A DNA stretch of 64,000 nt from Eubacteriales bacterium (GCA_045595365.1 JAZOAI010000035.1:5049-69048), one strand, 5' to 3'; shown: positions 1 to 9,136, counted from the stretch's first letter. Notes: a model not told the origin generated them from the letters alone. Numbers and translations: made by a program.

Positions 1-3
1 TGC

Positions 4-34
4 AAAAAAAGAGAGAAGCCGAGGCTTCTCTCTT
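4..34 (-). terminator. Intrinsic terminator downstream of the solute-binding protein gene
   Basis: Inverted repeat agagagaagcc / ggcttctctct (about 10-20 and 23-33). An A-run at 4-10 on the + strand gives hairpin then U-run on the - strand, just after the stop at 48-50. Confidence 0.8.
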
Positions 35-47
35 TCGAGTTTGTGAT

Positions 48-1592
48 TTACTTGTTCATAACGCGCTCGTAAGCGGTCTTGTAGATCTCGACCATTTCGT
101 CAATCGGGAATGTGTTGAGTTCTGCAACGAATTCATCCCACTTTGAAAGCGGCTCCTGGCCGAGAATTAACTTCAGCATCATCTCGTTTGCGTAACTTCC
201 GATTGCTGCGTTAATGTCGTCAAGCTTTGTAGCTTCTTCCTGTGTGAAGGTTACACGGTCTGCGGGGTTGACCTTGTCAAGAGTGTGTTCAAGAACCATA
301 TCGCGGGTTTCTGCGATATCAGCGGACTCTGAAGCATAGATCGACTCCCCAAGGATGCGAATGGCTGAGCCGTTTGAGTTGAAGCCGTAGAGCGAGAGCG
401 GCTGGGTTCCGGCTTCGTCGGTGATGAACTGCTTCTTGCCGTCTACGATCTCGTAAGTCTCGCCTTCCTTACCCCAGGAAACAAGCTCTGTTGCTTCATC
501 GGTGAAGAACCAGTCAAGGTACTTCGCAGCGTTTGTGATTCGTCTCTCATCGCGTGAGTTCGGGAGAACGTAGCCGTAAACCTCAACATTTTGCTTGTTA
601 ACGAAGCTTCCGCCCTTTTCGGGGTTTGCAATGGGAGCAGGCATAGCCTCAAGGTCAAAGTCCGGATTGTTCGGGCGGGCAAGAGAGTTGAAGAAGTCGA
701 TTCTTGTCTGGTAGTCCGGCATAATGAAGCCGCGGTCTGTTGTGATGAGCTCCTGCCAGCTGCTTGTCGGGATGTTCCAGAAGTTTTCCATAAGGAGGCC
801 TTCTTCGCGCATCTTGCTTAAGAATTCTACTTGCTCGCGGAAGGATTCATCTCTGAGGCCAAAGCCCCATACATCGTCGTCATAGTCGTAGTAAACGCCG
901 CGGTTCCAGTATTTATTGAATGACGGAGAAATAAGCTGTGTCATTGAGCTTCCCGATCTCATGCAGAAGGGGTAAGAGTCGGGGTAGAGCTTCTTGAGCT
1001 CCTTACATACTTCATAAAGCTCATCAAAGGTTGTCGGAACCTTGAGGTTGTGCTTCTCGAAGATGTCCTTGCGGTAGAGCCATGACATAACGTTCTGAGA
1101 GCCTTCGCGGCCATAGTTTGAAATCCAGTAGAGGTTGCCGTCAGCCTCACGGTTGAGGGTGACAATGTTGTCATACTCCTCCTCAGAGAGAGAGTCATAG
1201 AACTTCCATGCGTTGGGCATATAGTCCTTCAAGGTGTCAATTGCAACTAAAGCGCCGTCTCTTGCGTAGGTGTTCATACGGCCGTATACCTGAAGAACGT
1301 CAGGCATAGTATCAGCGCCTGTGAACATAAGCGGGAGCTTTGTGCCGATGTCACTCTCAGGAATAGCAGTAACCTCAAGAGTTGCGCCAACGCCTTCTCT
1401 GATGTATTCCCAGACCTTCCAGTTCTCGTTGTACGGCCAGCTTGGGTGGGATCTGATAGAGATTTTGATAACGTCGTCCTTTGTGAGCGGGTCGAGAGAA
1501 GCCTCGCCGCCCTGCCCTGCCTCGCCGCCTGTGCAAGCGCAAAGCGCAAACATCATAACGAGAGCGAGGACTAATGCGATAAGCTTTTTCAT
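48..1592 (-). CDS. Extracellular solute-binding lipoprotein of an ABC transporter (family 1, LplA-like, probably sugar/oligosaccharide)
   Basis: ORF 48..1736 trimmed to Met49. MKKLIALVLALVMMFALCAC is a lipoprotein signal peptide with a lipobox Cys, preceded by an aaggagg RBS. The TTG-initiated 5' extension would run into the upstream terminator. The ~515 aa size and sequence are typical of large SBPs. Confidence 0.8.
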   Translation of the reverse strand: MKKLIALVLALVMMFALCACTGGEAGQGGEASLDPLTKDDVIKISIRSHPSWPYNENWKVWEYIREGVGATLEVTAIPESDIGTKLPLMFTGADTMPDVLQVYGRMNTYARDGALVAIDTLKDYMPNAWKFYDSLSEEEYDNIVTLNREADGNLYWISNYGREGSQNVMSWLYRKDIFEKHNLKVPTTFDELYEVCKELKKLYPDSYPFCMRSGSSMTQLISPSFNKYWNRGVYYDYDDDVWGFGLRDESFREQVEFLSKMREEGLLMENFWNIPTSSWQELITTDRGFIMPDYQTRIDFFNSLARPNNPDFDLEAMPAPIANPEKGGSFVNKQNVEVYGYVLPNSRDERRITNAAKYLDWFFTDEATELVSWGKEGETYEIVDGKKQFITDEAGTQPLSLYGFNSNGSAIRILGESIYASESADIAETRDMVLEHTLDKVNPADRVTFTQEEATKLDDINAAIGSYANEMMLKLILGQEPLSKWDEFVAELNTFPIDEMVEIYKTAYERVMNK

Positions 1593-1734
1593 TTGTTTCT
1601 TCCTCCTTAATAATTTTGTAGTACATATGTATTTATAGTACATAGTTATATTATAGCATATCGGATTCAAAAAGCAATAGGGTTTGGAAATATTTTTTGT
1701 AAATTTTGCGAGGCGACTATATAACGGAAACCAC

Positions 1735-1770
1735 AAAAAAAGTGGCTTGAAATTTGCATTTCAAGCCACT
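1735..1770 (-). terminator. Intrinsic terminator downstream of guaA-like gene
   Basis: Perfect 13-bp inverted repeat agtggcttgaaat (1741-1753) / atttcaagccact (1758-1770) with a 4-nt loop. An A-run just before it on the + strand gives a U-run on the - strand. Confidence 0.85.
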
Positions 1771-1794
1771 TCAAAGCCGGTTGGCATTATTCCC

Positions 1795-2775
1795 TTATTC
1801 CCACTCGATCGTCCCGACGGGCTTCGGCGTAAGGTCGAGAAGAACGCGGTTGATGCCTTCAACCTCGCTTGTGATGCGGTCTGTGATGCGGTGAAGAACA
1901 GCGTAGGGGATTTCCTCTATGGTTGCGCTCATAGCATCGGTGGTGTTGACTGCACGAATAATTGCAGGCCACCCCTCATAGCGCTTATCGTTGCGGACTC
2001 CGACACTCTTGAAATCCGGAACTGCGATAAAATACTGCCATACCTTTTCTGCAAGACCGCACTTATCAAACTCTTCGCGCAGGATTGCATCAGCCTCACG
2101 GAGAGCATTGAGCCTGTCACGCGTGATTGCGCCGAGGCAACGGACACCGAGACCCGGGCCCGGGAACGGCTGGCGGTAAACCATAGCGTGCGGAAGGCCG
2201 AGAGCCTCTCCGACAACGCGGACTTCATCCTTAAAAAGCAGCTTGACGGGTTCGACAAGCTCCATAGCCATATCCTCCGGAAGCCCGCCGACGTTGTGAT
2301 GAGCTTTTACGCCGTCAGACTCGAGAATGTCGGGGTAGATTGTGCCCTGGGCGAGAAAGTCTATACCGGAAAGCTTTGCAGATTCTTCATCAAAAACCTT
2401 GATAAATTCAGCGCCGATTATCTTGCGCTTGCGCTCAGGCTCGGAAACATCCTTGAGGAGATCGAGGAAACGGTCAGTTGCATCAACATAGACGAGGTTT
2501 GCTCCAAGCTCTTTGCCGAAAACTTCGATGACCTGCTCGCTCTCTCCCTTACGCATAAGGCCGTGGTTGACGTGAACACAGACAAGCTGCTTGCCGATAG
2601 CCTTGATTAAAAGCGCGGCAACAACGGAGGAGTCAACTCCACCCGAGAGCGCGAGAAGAACCTTCTTATCGCCTACCTGTTCTCTGATTTCTTTTACCTG
2701 CTCTTCGATAAACGCATCTGCAAGAGCGCGGGTTGTGATGCGTTCCATAGTTTCGGGGCGCACATTATTCTGCAT
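1795..2775 (-). CDS. guaA: GMP synthase, ATP-pyrophosphatase and dimerisation domains only (no glutamine amidotransferase domain)
   Basis: N-type ATP-PPase P-loop [11 protein letters not shown]. Characteristic GMP synthase C-terminus ...[12 protein letters not shown]. At 326 aa it aligns to the C-terminal two thirds of ~515-aa bacterial GuaA. Confidence 0.85.
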   Translation of the reverse strand: MQNNVRPETMERITTRALADAFIEEQVKEIREQVGDKKVLLALSGGVDSSVVAALLIKAIGKQLVCVHVNHGLMRKGESEQVIEVFGKELGANLVYVDATDRFLDLLKDVSEPERKRKIIGAEFIKVFDEESAKLSGIDFLAQGTIYPDILESDGVKAHHNVGGLPEDMAMELVEPVKLLFKDEVRVVGEALGLPHAMVYRQPFPGPGLGVRCLGAITRDRLNALREADAILREEFDKCGLAEKVWQYFIAVPDFKSVGVRNDKRYEGWPAIIRAVNTTDAMSATIEEIPYAVLHRITDRITSEVEGINRVLLDLTPKPVGTIEWE

Positions 2776-2805
2776 AGTAATTCCTCCATTTTATAATGTC
2801 TTTTG

Positions 2806-3732
2806 TTATTCAAAAAGCGGGGTTGAGAAATATCTCTCTGCCGTGTCAGGAAGCACCGTTACAACGGTTTTCCCCTCGCCGAGAACTTTTGCAAGTTTTA
2901 TCGCGGCGGCGACGTTTGTTCCGCTTGAGATTCCGCACATAATCCCTTCTTTTGAGGCAAGCTCTTTTGAGATATGTATTGCCTCTTCATCCTTGATTAT
3001 GCATATGTCATCGTAAATATCGCAGTTTAAAATTTCGGGAATCAGCCCATCGCCTATGCCCATCTGAACATGAGTCCCGATAGAGCCGCCCGAGAGAATC
3101 GCCGCGTGTTCCGGCTCGACCGCCCAGATTGTCATATCCGGGTTTTTCTCTCGCAGAGCCTCTCCTATGCCGGTGATGGTCCCGCCTGTTCCGATGCCGG
3201 AACAAAAGCCGTGAATTTCCTTCCCCACCTGAGCGAGGATTTCCCGAGCTGTCTGAGAGCGCTGAATTGCGGGGTTTGCGGGGTTTTCAAACTGCTGAGG
3301 CACGAAAACGTTTTTGTCCTCGTCGCGCATACGAAGCGCGAGATTCAAACATTCCTCAATACACGCGCCGATGTTGCCCGCATCGTGGACAAGGATGACC
3401 TCTGCACCGTAATGCTCGACAAGCTTTCGCCTTTCCTCGCTGACGGAATCGGGCATAATGATGCGGGTTTTGTATCCCCTGACCGCACCGACAAGAGCAA
3501 GGCCTATGCCTTGATTCCCGCTCGTCGGCTCGACAATGACGGTATCAGGGCCTATTAGCCCGCGCTTTTCGGCATCGCAAATCATATTGTATGCAGTTCT
3601 TGTTTTTATTGACCCGCCGACATTCAGCCCCTCAAACTTGACGAGGATTTCGGCAGACCCCGGCTCGGCAAGATGAGAAAGCCTTATAATCGGAGTGTTC
3701 CCCATTGCCTCTAATATGTTATTATAAACCAT
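2806..3732 (-). CDS. cysK: Cysteine synthase A (O-acetylserine sulfhydrylase), PLP-dependent
   Basis: 308 aa. N-terminal GNTPIIRL, PLP-lysine region GGSIKTR, and glycine loop GIGTGGTITG typical of the CysK/CysM fold-type II family. Confidence 0.9.
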   Translation of the reverse strand: MVYNNILEAMGNTPIIRLSHLAEPGSAEILVKFEGLNVGGSIKTRTAYNMICDAEKRGLIGPDTVIVEPTSGNQGIGLALVGAVRGYKTRIIMPDSVSEERRKLVEHYGAEVILVHDAGNIGACIEECLNLALRMRDEDKNVFVPQQFENPANPAIQRSQTAREILAQVGKEIHGFCSGIGTGGTITGIGEALREKNPDMTIWAVEPEHAAILSGGSIGTHVQMGIGDGLIPEILNCDIYDDICIIKDEEAIHISKELASKEGIMCGISSGTNVAAAIKLAKVLGEGKTVVTVLPDTAERYFSTPLFE

Positions 3733-3761
3733 TGAATCATTCCTTAAAAAACTTACTAAAT

Positions 3762-3790
3762 ATTATATTCCACTTTGGCGATAAAATCAA
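3762..3790 (-). promoter_or_regulatory. Candidate SigA promoter for cysK(-guaA)
   Basis: The - strand reads ttgatt, a 17-nt spacer, then tataat, about 30 nt upstream of the cysK start. Confidence 0.55.
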
Positions 3791-3837
3791 TATTTTTTTA
3801 AAAAAACAGTCGTATTTTCGCGGGCCCTAAATATTAT

Positions 3838-3866
3838 TTGACAAAACCCGACACTGATAATATAAT
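3838..3866 (+). promoter_or_regulatory. Consensus SigA promoter for the 3933..5159 gene
   Basis: ttgaca (3838-3843), a 17-nt spacer, then tataat (3861-3866). Both hexamers match consensus perfectly. Confidence 0.7.
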
Positions 3867-3932
3867 TAATTCATAAACTTTTTGCCTGCAGCGATTTCGG
3901 CAGGCTATTTTTATATCCGGGGTTGTTTTTAC

Positions 3933-5159
3933 ATGATTTTTAACCTGAAGCTGCGCTCATGTTTTCTTGCGGTCCTCGGGAGTATGATTCTCGCCTTTGG
4001 ACTTTACAACATACACTCCATCTCCGAAATTTGCGAGGGCGGAGTTTTAGGCCTTACACTTCTTTTGGAGCATCACTTTTCAATCTCTCCGGCAATATCC
4101 GGGCTTTTATTGAACGCGCTGTGTTACATCATAGGTTGGCGCTGCCTCGGCCGCAACTTTATCGGATATTCGCTTTTTGCAGGCGGCAGTTTTTCTCTCT
4201 TCTATGCTATTTTCGAAAAATTCCCGCCCGTCTTCCCGCAGATTTCGGAGCATCTGCTCCTTGCGGCAATTCTCGGCGCCGTTTTCGTCGGTGTGGGCGT
4301 GGGAATCTCCGTTCGCGCAGGAGGTGCGCCGAGCGGTGATGACGCACTTGCGATGAGCATTTCAAACTTTGTTCGCATCAGCATAAAGTGGGCGTACTTC
4401 ATAAGCGACATAACCGTTCTTGCCTTGTCGCTTACCTACATCCCTCCCGAAAGGCTGTTCTATTCCCTCATAACCGTTCTCCTCTCGGGGCAGATTATCG
4501 ACATTATTCAAAAATCGAACTTCAAAAACCGCACCGAGCCCGCTGTCTCAGATTCAATGCGCGATGTCTTGGTCGCAACTCTTAAAAGCCGCGGCCAGCT
4601 TGATATTGCGCTCGGGCATCGTTTTTATCACATCCCTGCAATCCGCCTGCACTCAGGCGACTTTCCGCTCCGTTACATAGCAATATATCAATCTCTCCAC
4701 AAGTTTTCTGATAACCCCGGCATTATATATTATGGTGAAATTGAAAAATACGCTCTCGTCAAGAGAAAGGAAATAACGGAAATCCCCAGAAACTCCGATG
4801 AATTGTATTATCGTTTTGAAATAAAGGAATGGAAGACACTCCCTGAGCGGATTCTCCCCGACGGCGGCGATTTTGTAAACCTCACAACCTCTCTGTTTCT
4901 CCTCACCCACAGCCGCACGACAAGCGAGCTTTCCCTCGGAAGCGCATATGAATTTGAGCTTTACCGCAAAATAGCTCGGCTGATTTCGGGCGAAGTGAGT
5001 GACGTGGTTTCCGAAAGCGGAAGGGCGCATCTCAAGATTTCAGATAACAAGCTGACTGTCTTCAGGAACGGCCGCCCTTTCTTCTCCTGCGCGCTTGAGG
5101 ATTACAAAACAAGTCCTCTTAAGAATTTCAGATACATTTTCAGGGAACTGAATTCATAA
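3933..5159 (+). CDS. Membrane protein: YitT/YczE-like multi-TM N-terminal half fused to an uncharacterised ~220-aa soluble C-terminal domain
   Basis: ORF 3882..5159 trimmed to the ATG at 3933 (MIFNLKL...). The N-terminal ~200 aa has 5-6 hydrophobic helices and a GGAPSGDDALAM motif, as in YitT/YczE-type proteins. The C-terminal half (GHRFYHIP...RYIAIYQS...GIIYYGEIEKY...) is not recognised. Confidence 0.6.
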   Translation: MIFNLKLRSCFLAVLGSMILAFGLYNIHSISEICEGGVLGLTLLLEHHFSISPAISGLLLNALCYIIGWRCLGRNFIGYSLFAGGSFSLFYAIFEKFPPVFPQISEHLLLAAILGAVFVGVGVGISVRAGGAPSGDDALAMSISNFVRISIKWAYFISDITVLALSLTYIPPERLFYSLITVLLSGQIIDIIQKSNFKNRTEPAVSDSMRDVLVATLKSRGQLDIALGHRFYHIPAIRLHSGDFPLRYIAIYQSLHKFSDNPGIIYYGEIEKYALVKRKEITEIPRNSDELYYRFEIKEWKTLPERILPDGGDFVNLTTSLFLLTHSRTTSELSLGSAYEFELYRKIARLISGEVSDVVSESGRAHLKISDNKLTVFRNGRPFFSCALEDYKTSPLKNFRYIFRELNS

Positions 5160-5179
5160 AACAGGCAGGTTTACAACAT

Positions 5180-5219
5180 AATATGACCTTCACGAAACTT
5201 TCGTGAAGGTCATATTTTT
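5180..5219. terminator. Bidirectional intrinsic terminator between convergent genes
   Basis: Perfect 18-bp inverted repeat aatatgaccttcacgaaa (5180-5197) / tttcgtgaaggtcatatt (5199-5216) followed by a T-run. It sits between the stop at 5157-5159 (+) and the stop at 5218-5220 (-). Confidence 0.85.
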
Positions 5220-7317
5220 ACCGGACTATGTATTTTTTGAGATAATCGGGAAGGAAAGCTTCGTTAATTATGAGTGAATCGCCCGGAATCCACATATCCT
5301 TGAAGTTTGCGCCGGAGTAGATAAAGACGTAGTAGTTTTTGCCTTTCTTTTCTTCGCCGCGGGAGCTTTCAAACATTGTTTCGACAGCTTCTCTTCCATC
5401 CTTGCTGTAAATGTGAACACAGTCGTCACCCGGGATTCTGAATTCCTTTCTCGGGAGTGTTTCTCCCTCGTAGTGGTAAAACTCTCCGTCAAACTCTATC
5501 GGATTCTTACAGAGCCACACGGCGTTTGAAGTGCGAAGGACAAGCTCCTCGTAATAGCCCTTTTCGACAAGGAAGGCAAAGGTGTTCTTGAAGTTCTTGT
5601 TTATTGCAAGATCAAATGTTTTTAAGATGTTATCATCAGGATAATTCCGATTGAGAATCTCTTCGGCTTCAGTTTCCTTGAATATCTTAAGCTCGCGGTT
5701 TTCCTTTGCCGTAACGGAGATGTCTATACGAAGATGAAGAAGTGAGTTCTCGTAGGCAAGCTCCTTGTACGAAAGCTCGGAAATGTCTTTCTCCACCGCA
5801 CGCATAAGAGCAACCGCATCTTCATCACGGATAACCTCGCGCCAGCTCATTCCCGACGAATCAAAATAAACATTCGCCTCGTTTACATTTTCGAGATTCA
5901 GCCAATGAAGCCCCGTTACCTTCTGCTTATACTCCCCGTTTTCAAACATTTTGGACATCGCTTCGTCAAAAATCTCTTTTTCTGCAATATACTGACGCCT
6001 TAAGGTTTTTCCGCTCTTCAGCTTGTATGTGACATAGAAGATTCTTCCCGCTTCAAAAATGCGGTCGGTTCTGCGCGGGATATTTTCAGTTATCTTCATA
6101 TGCGTTTGGCGGACATTTTCAATAAGCTTCGCATCAGAAACGAGGACATTGTCAAAGCGGTAGTTTTCGTGAACAGCCGCACTTTCAATCTCCTGAGACT
6201 CAGGGATTCTCGTTTCATAACCGAATACCGAGGTGTTTGCGACGAACAAAAGCACCGCTGCACTTGCCGCAAAGAAAACAAGAAGGCCTTTGTACGATTT
6301 AAAAACCCTGAAGCTTTTGTTTATGAGCATCTCACAGGCAAAATAGACTATCGCGGCGGCAACTGCAACCTCAATATACACAAAAGCAGGGCTTATGTTG
6401 CTCTCTGACAGAATTGCAAAGACGAAAATTGAGATTGCCGCAGTTGTCATATACTTAAATATCGGGCGAAAAATCGAGAATGCGCACACATCTCCCGAAA
6501 GCTCAATCTTTCTCACGCGGTAGAGAAGATATCCGACAAGATATAACGCGAGGCTCACTGCGATATATACCCAGAACATCCCCTGGGCAAACATATTCGT
6601 CAAAAAAGCGCGGTAGTTCACAGCACTCGCAAACAGCCATACTATCGGCGTGTTTGTCATTATTTTATTGGAAATGAAGTTGGTGTCGGTCATAAAGCCG
6701 TAGAGAAACTCCTCGCTCATAACTGCGATGAAGAGCGCAACTATCATCGGCAGGATATGGGCAAAGGCATTGAGGCCGATGTGTACCGCCGCGTTACCTG
6801 TAAGGAACGCTGTTGCAGTTGCAACCGAGAACATAATAAAGATGACCGACAAATTCAGAAACATCCAGTATATTACCGAAGACGGCGGCATAACTGCGCG
6901 GTAATCCGTAAAGCTCATTATGAGAAGCACAAGTGCATTTACCACAACAGGAATAGCCATGAGTACAAATCCCGAAACGATATCTGAAGCATAGTTCTCA
7001 CAGCGGCTTACCGGAAGCGAATGAACAAAAACGCTTTGCCTTGCCGAATGGACATTGTTAAAAATCAGCACTGCAGCAACCGTAGGCACTGCAATCGCAA
7101 AAAGCATCGGGAAGATTATGTAGGAGTCTGACAGAATTACGGGAACTTTCTGCGTCTCAGGAAGAAAACGGTTTGTTAAATATTCCATATCCTGCATAAG
7201 GAGAACAAACGGAACCGTAAAGAAGAGAAAGATTCCGTACAAAAAGCTTCCCCATTTGAAACGTTTTAAATTGTTCAGGAATATCGCGCGGCTAAAAAAT
7301 GACTTCTTTGAGATCAT
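5218..7317 (-). CDS. Large ABC-transporter permease-like membrane protein (multi-TM N-terminal ~370 aa plus ~330-aa non-membrane C-terminal domain)
   Basis: 699 aa. The N-terminal half is dominated by hydrophobic helices. It overlaps the upstream ABC ATPase gene by 26 nt and is third in a GntR-ATPase-permease operon. The C-terminal domain is unrecognised. Confidence 0.65.
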   Translation of the reverse strand: MISKKSFFSRAIFLNNLKRFKWGSFLYGIFLFFTVPFVLLMQDMEYLTNRFLPETQKVPVILSDSYIIFPMLFAIAVPTVAAVLIFNNVHSARQSVFVHSLPVSRCENYASDIVSGFVLMAIPVVVNALVLLIMSFTDYRAVMPPSSVIYWMFLNLSVIFIMFSVATATAFLTGNAAVHIGLNAFAHILPMIVALFIAVMSEEFLYGFMTDTNFISNKIMTNTPIVWLFASAVNYRAFLTNMFAQGMFWVYIAVSLALYLVGYLLYRVRKIELSGDVCAFSIFRPIFKYMTTAAISIFVFAILSESNISPAFVYIEVAVAAAIVYFACEMLINKSFRVFKSYKGLLVFFAASAAVLLFVANTSVFGYETRIPESQEIESAAVHENYRFDNVLVSDAKLIENVRQTHMKITENIPRRTDRIFEAGRIFYVTYKLKSGKTLRRQYIAEKEIFDEAMSKMFENGEYKQKVTGLHWLNLENVNEANVYFDSSGMSWREVIRDEDAVALMRAVEKDISELSYKELAYENSLLHLRIDISVTAKENRELKIFKETEAEEILNRNYPDDNILKTFDLAINKNFKNTFAFLVEKGYYEELVLRTSNAVWLCKNPIEFDGEFYHYEGETLPRKEFRIPGDDCVHIYSKDGREAVETMFESSRGEEKKGKNYYVFIYSGANFKDMWIPGDSLIINEAFLPDYLKKYIVR

Positions 7318-8188
7318 AACCCAAACCTCCCAGCTCGTAGATAAATACTTCCTCCAGCGTAAGGCTTACCTTATCAAAAACCAACGGAGAAAAGCCTTTT
7401 GCTTTTTCTTCAAACTCTTTGAAATCTCCTTTTAAAATGACTGTATATACAGACCCCATTTTTGACAAATGCAAAATCTCATCACTCATAAGCTCTTCGG
7501 GGAATTCTCCGCCAAATGCCGCCTGAATCTTGCAGATGTTGCCCTTTAAATCCTCAAGCGGCTTTTCGAGAACAAGCTTCCCTTTATGTATTATTCCAAC
7601 ATAGTCGCAGATGTCCTCAAGCTCACGCAGATTGTGAGAAGAAACAAGAACCGTCATTCCTCTTTCTGCAACATCGGATATGATAACGTTCATAATCTGC
7701 TTTCTCATAACGGGGTCAAGCCCGTCAAGCGGCTCATCAAGAATAAGTATCTCAGGGAGACACGACAGAACAAGGCGGAAAGCGACCTGTTTTTTCATTC
7801 CCTTTGAAAGCCGCCTTATTTGCCTGTTTTCATCTATCGGGAGAATTTTTGAAAGCTTTTCATACCGCTCACGGCTGAAGTTTTTATATAACCGCTCATA
7901 CAGCCGTGCCATTTCCTTTGTTGAGAAGCTTGGATAGAAATACCACTCGTCATTTATGGAAAGAACCCTCTGCTTAAGAGCCGTATTCTCCCAGACATCT
8001 TCTCCGTCTATCCTGACACTTCCGCAATCAGAGCGGAAAGCCCCGGTCAGATGATTGATAATAGTCGTCTTCCCGGCACCGTTCGGGCCGACAAGCCCGT
8101 ATATGCTTCCTTTTGGCACGGTCATTTCAAGCCCGTCAAGCGCGCGGAACGCACCAAAGGTTTTTACAACGTCTCTTACCTCAATCAT
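7292..8188 (-). CDS. ABC transporter ATP-binding protein
   Basis: Walker A GPNGAGKTT, signature-like LSKGMKKQ, Walker B ILILDEP, H-loop SSHNL. 298 aa. Confidence 0.9.
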   Translation of the reverse strand: MIEVRDVVKTFGAFRALDGLEMTVPKGSIYGLVGPNGAGKTTIINHLTGAFRSDCGSVRIDGEDVWENTALKQRVLSINDEWYFYPSFSTKEMARLYERLYKNFSRERYEKLSKILPIDENRQIRRLSKGMKKQVAFRLVLSCLPEILILDEPLDGLDPVMRKQIMNVIISDVAERGMTVLVSSHNLRELEDICDYVGIIHKGKLVLEKPLEDLKGNICKIQAAFGGEFPEELMSDEILHLSKMGSVYTVILKGDFKEFEEKAKGFSPLVFDKVSLTLEEVFIYELGGLGYDLKEVIF

Positions 8189-8562
8189 TTGTCTGCTTCT
8201 CCTTCCTCAAAGGCTTTGCGAAGAACCTGCAAAGCCGTCTCCTTATTTTCGCCGTAAAACGCAAGGGCGCGCGCAGCTTCAAGAATCGCATCATAAAGCT
8301 TTTCAACCGTTTCTTTTTCGGCACTCGGGCGGTCGGAAACGAAGTTCCCTTTCCCTTTTATGCTGTATATAAGCCCGTCTGCTTCAAGACTTTTGTACGC
8401 GCGCTGAACCGTGTTCGGGTTGACCGTGAGGCTGACTGACAAATCCCGCACTGACGGAAGCTGCTCATCGGGCGCAAGCGCACCGCACATAATAAGCTCG
8501 CAAATCCCGCAGCTTATCTGCTCGTGCAGGGGTTTGCCGCTTTTATAATCCAGTTTTACCAC
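8185..8562 (-). CDS. GntR-family transcriptional regulator, YtrA subfamily (short, winged-HTH only)
   Basis: wHTH PSVRDLSVSLTVNPNTVQRAYKSLEADGLI. It has an ATGA overlap with the ATPase gene. I prefer the GTG at 8562 (gagagg RBS 7-8 nt upstream) over the ORF-track TTG at 8577, but the start is uncertain. Confidence 0.8.
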   Translation of the reverse strand: MVKLDYKSGKPLHEQISCGICELIMCGALAPDEQLPSVRDLSVSLTVNPNTVQRAYKSLEADGLIYSIKGKGNFVSDRPSAEKETVEKLYDAILEAARALAFYGENKETALQVLRKAFEEGEADK

Positions 8563-8578
8563 GTTATCACCTCTCAAC

Positions 8579-8607
8579 TGTATTATCTGTATTAATACAG
8601 TTGTATT
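8579..8607. promoter_or_regulatory. Probable YtrA-type operator (autoregulation)
   Basis: Perfect palindrome ctgtattaatacag (8587-8600) flanked by further TGTATT half-sites at 8579-8584 and 8602-8607. It lies between the -10 box and the RBS of the GntR gene. Confidence 0.6.
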
Positions 8608-8633
8608 GTAGCATTATTTACCTTCTCTGTCAA
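8605..8633 (-). promoter_or_regulatory. SigA promoter of the GntR-ABC operon
   Basis: The - strand reads ttgaca, a 17-nt spacer, then tacaat, immediately upstream of the operator palindrome. Confidence 0.7.
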
Positions 8634-8725
8634 TAGTTTCGTGAAAATTTTTCAAGTTATAAAAGTAAAGACTTTTCCTTGTGGCCTCGAATGACAATCC
8701 TCGGAATTGTCAAATCCGGGCGGAC

Positions 8726-9136
8726 CTACTTTTGATTGCAAAAGTAGCAAAACAAAGGGGGGATTTCGATTTTCCCCCCCCCTTTAACCCCCTTGAAACG
8801 ACTCAGGGGCTACCGCCCCCGAGACCCATCAATTTTGCCCCTTTGAAAGCTGTTCCGGGTCAAACAGCATATTTTTATCGTAGGGTTCGGCGGTTCCCGA
8901 CGAACCGATTATTTTTTTCGCGGAACGACACGCAGGTCGTTCCCTACAATCCCACCTCATCCACCGCAAGCGAGACCGAGGGGTGTAGGGGACATTCACG
9001 AATGTCCCGCGGGCGATTCTTGAATCGCCCCTACGGTTTATTATCCACCTCATTCTGTAGGGTACGATGCCCACATCGTACCGCTTTAAATATAGCGGGC
9101 GGATGTAGGCATCCGCCCCTGCGTTTTCCACCTCAT
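8726..9136. repeat. Array of short GC-rich hairpins with GTAGGG/CCCTAC flanks interleaved with three CCACCTCAT copies
   Basis: Perfect hairpins at 8726-8747, 8922-8943, 8989-9008, 9011-9030, 9061-9082 and 9097-9118. CCACCTCAT occurs at 8952, 9045 and 9128. No credible CDS is present. See findings. Confidence 0.75.

Noticed and set aside
1593-1736. 5' extensions of several track ORFs (48..1736, 3882.., 24459.., 27719.., 28902.., 29957.., 31194.., 35139.., 47330..)
   Set aside because: Internal starts give canonical N-termini (signal peptides or conserved first motifs) with properly spaced RBSs. Several extensions overlap upstream genes or terminators.
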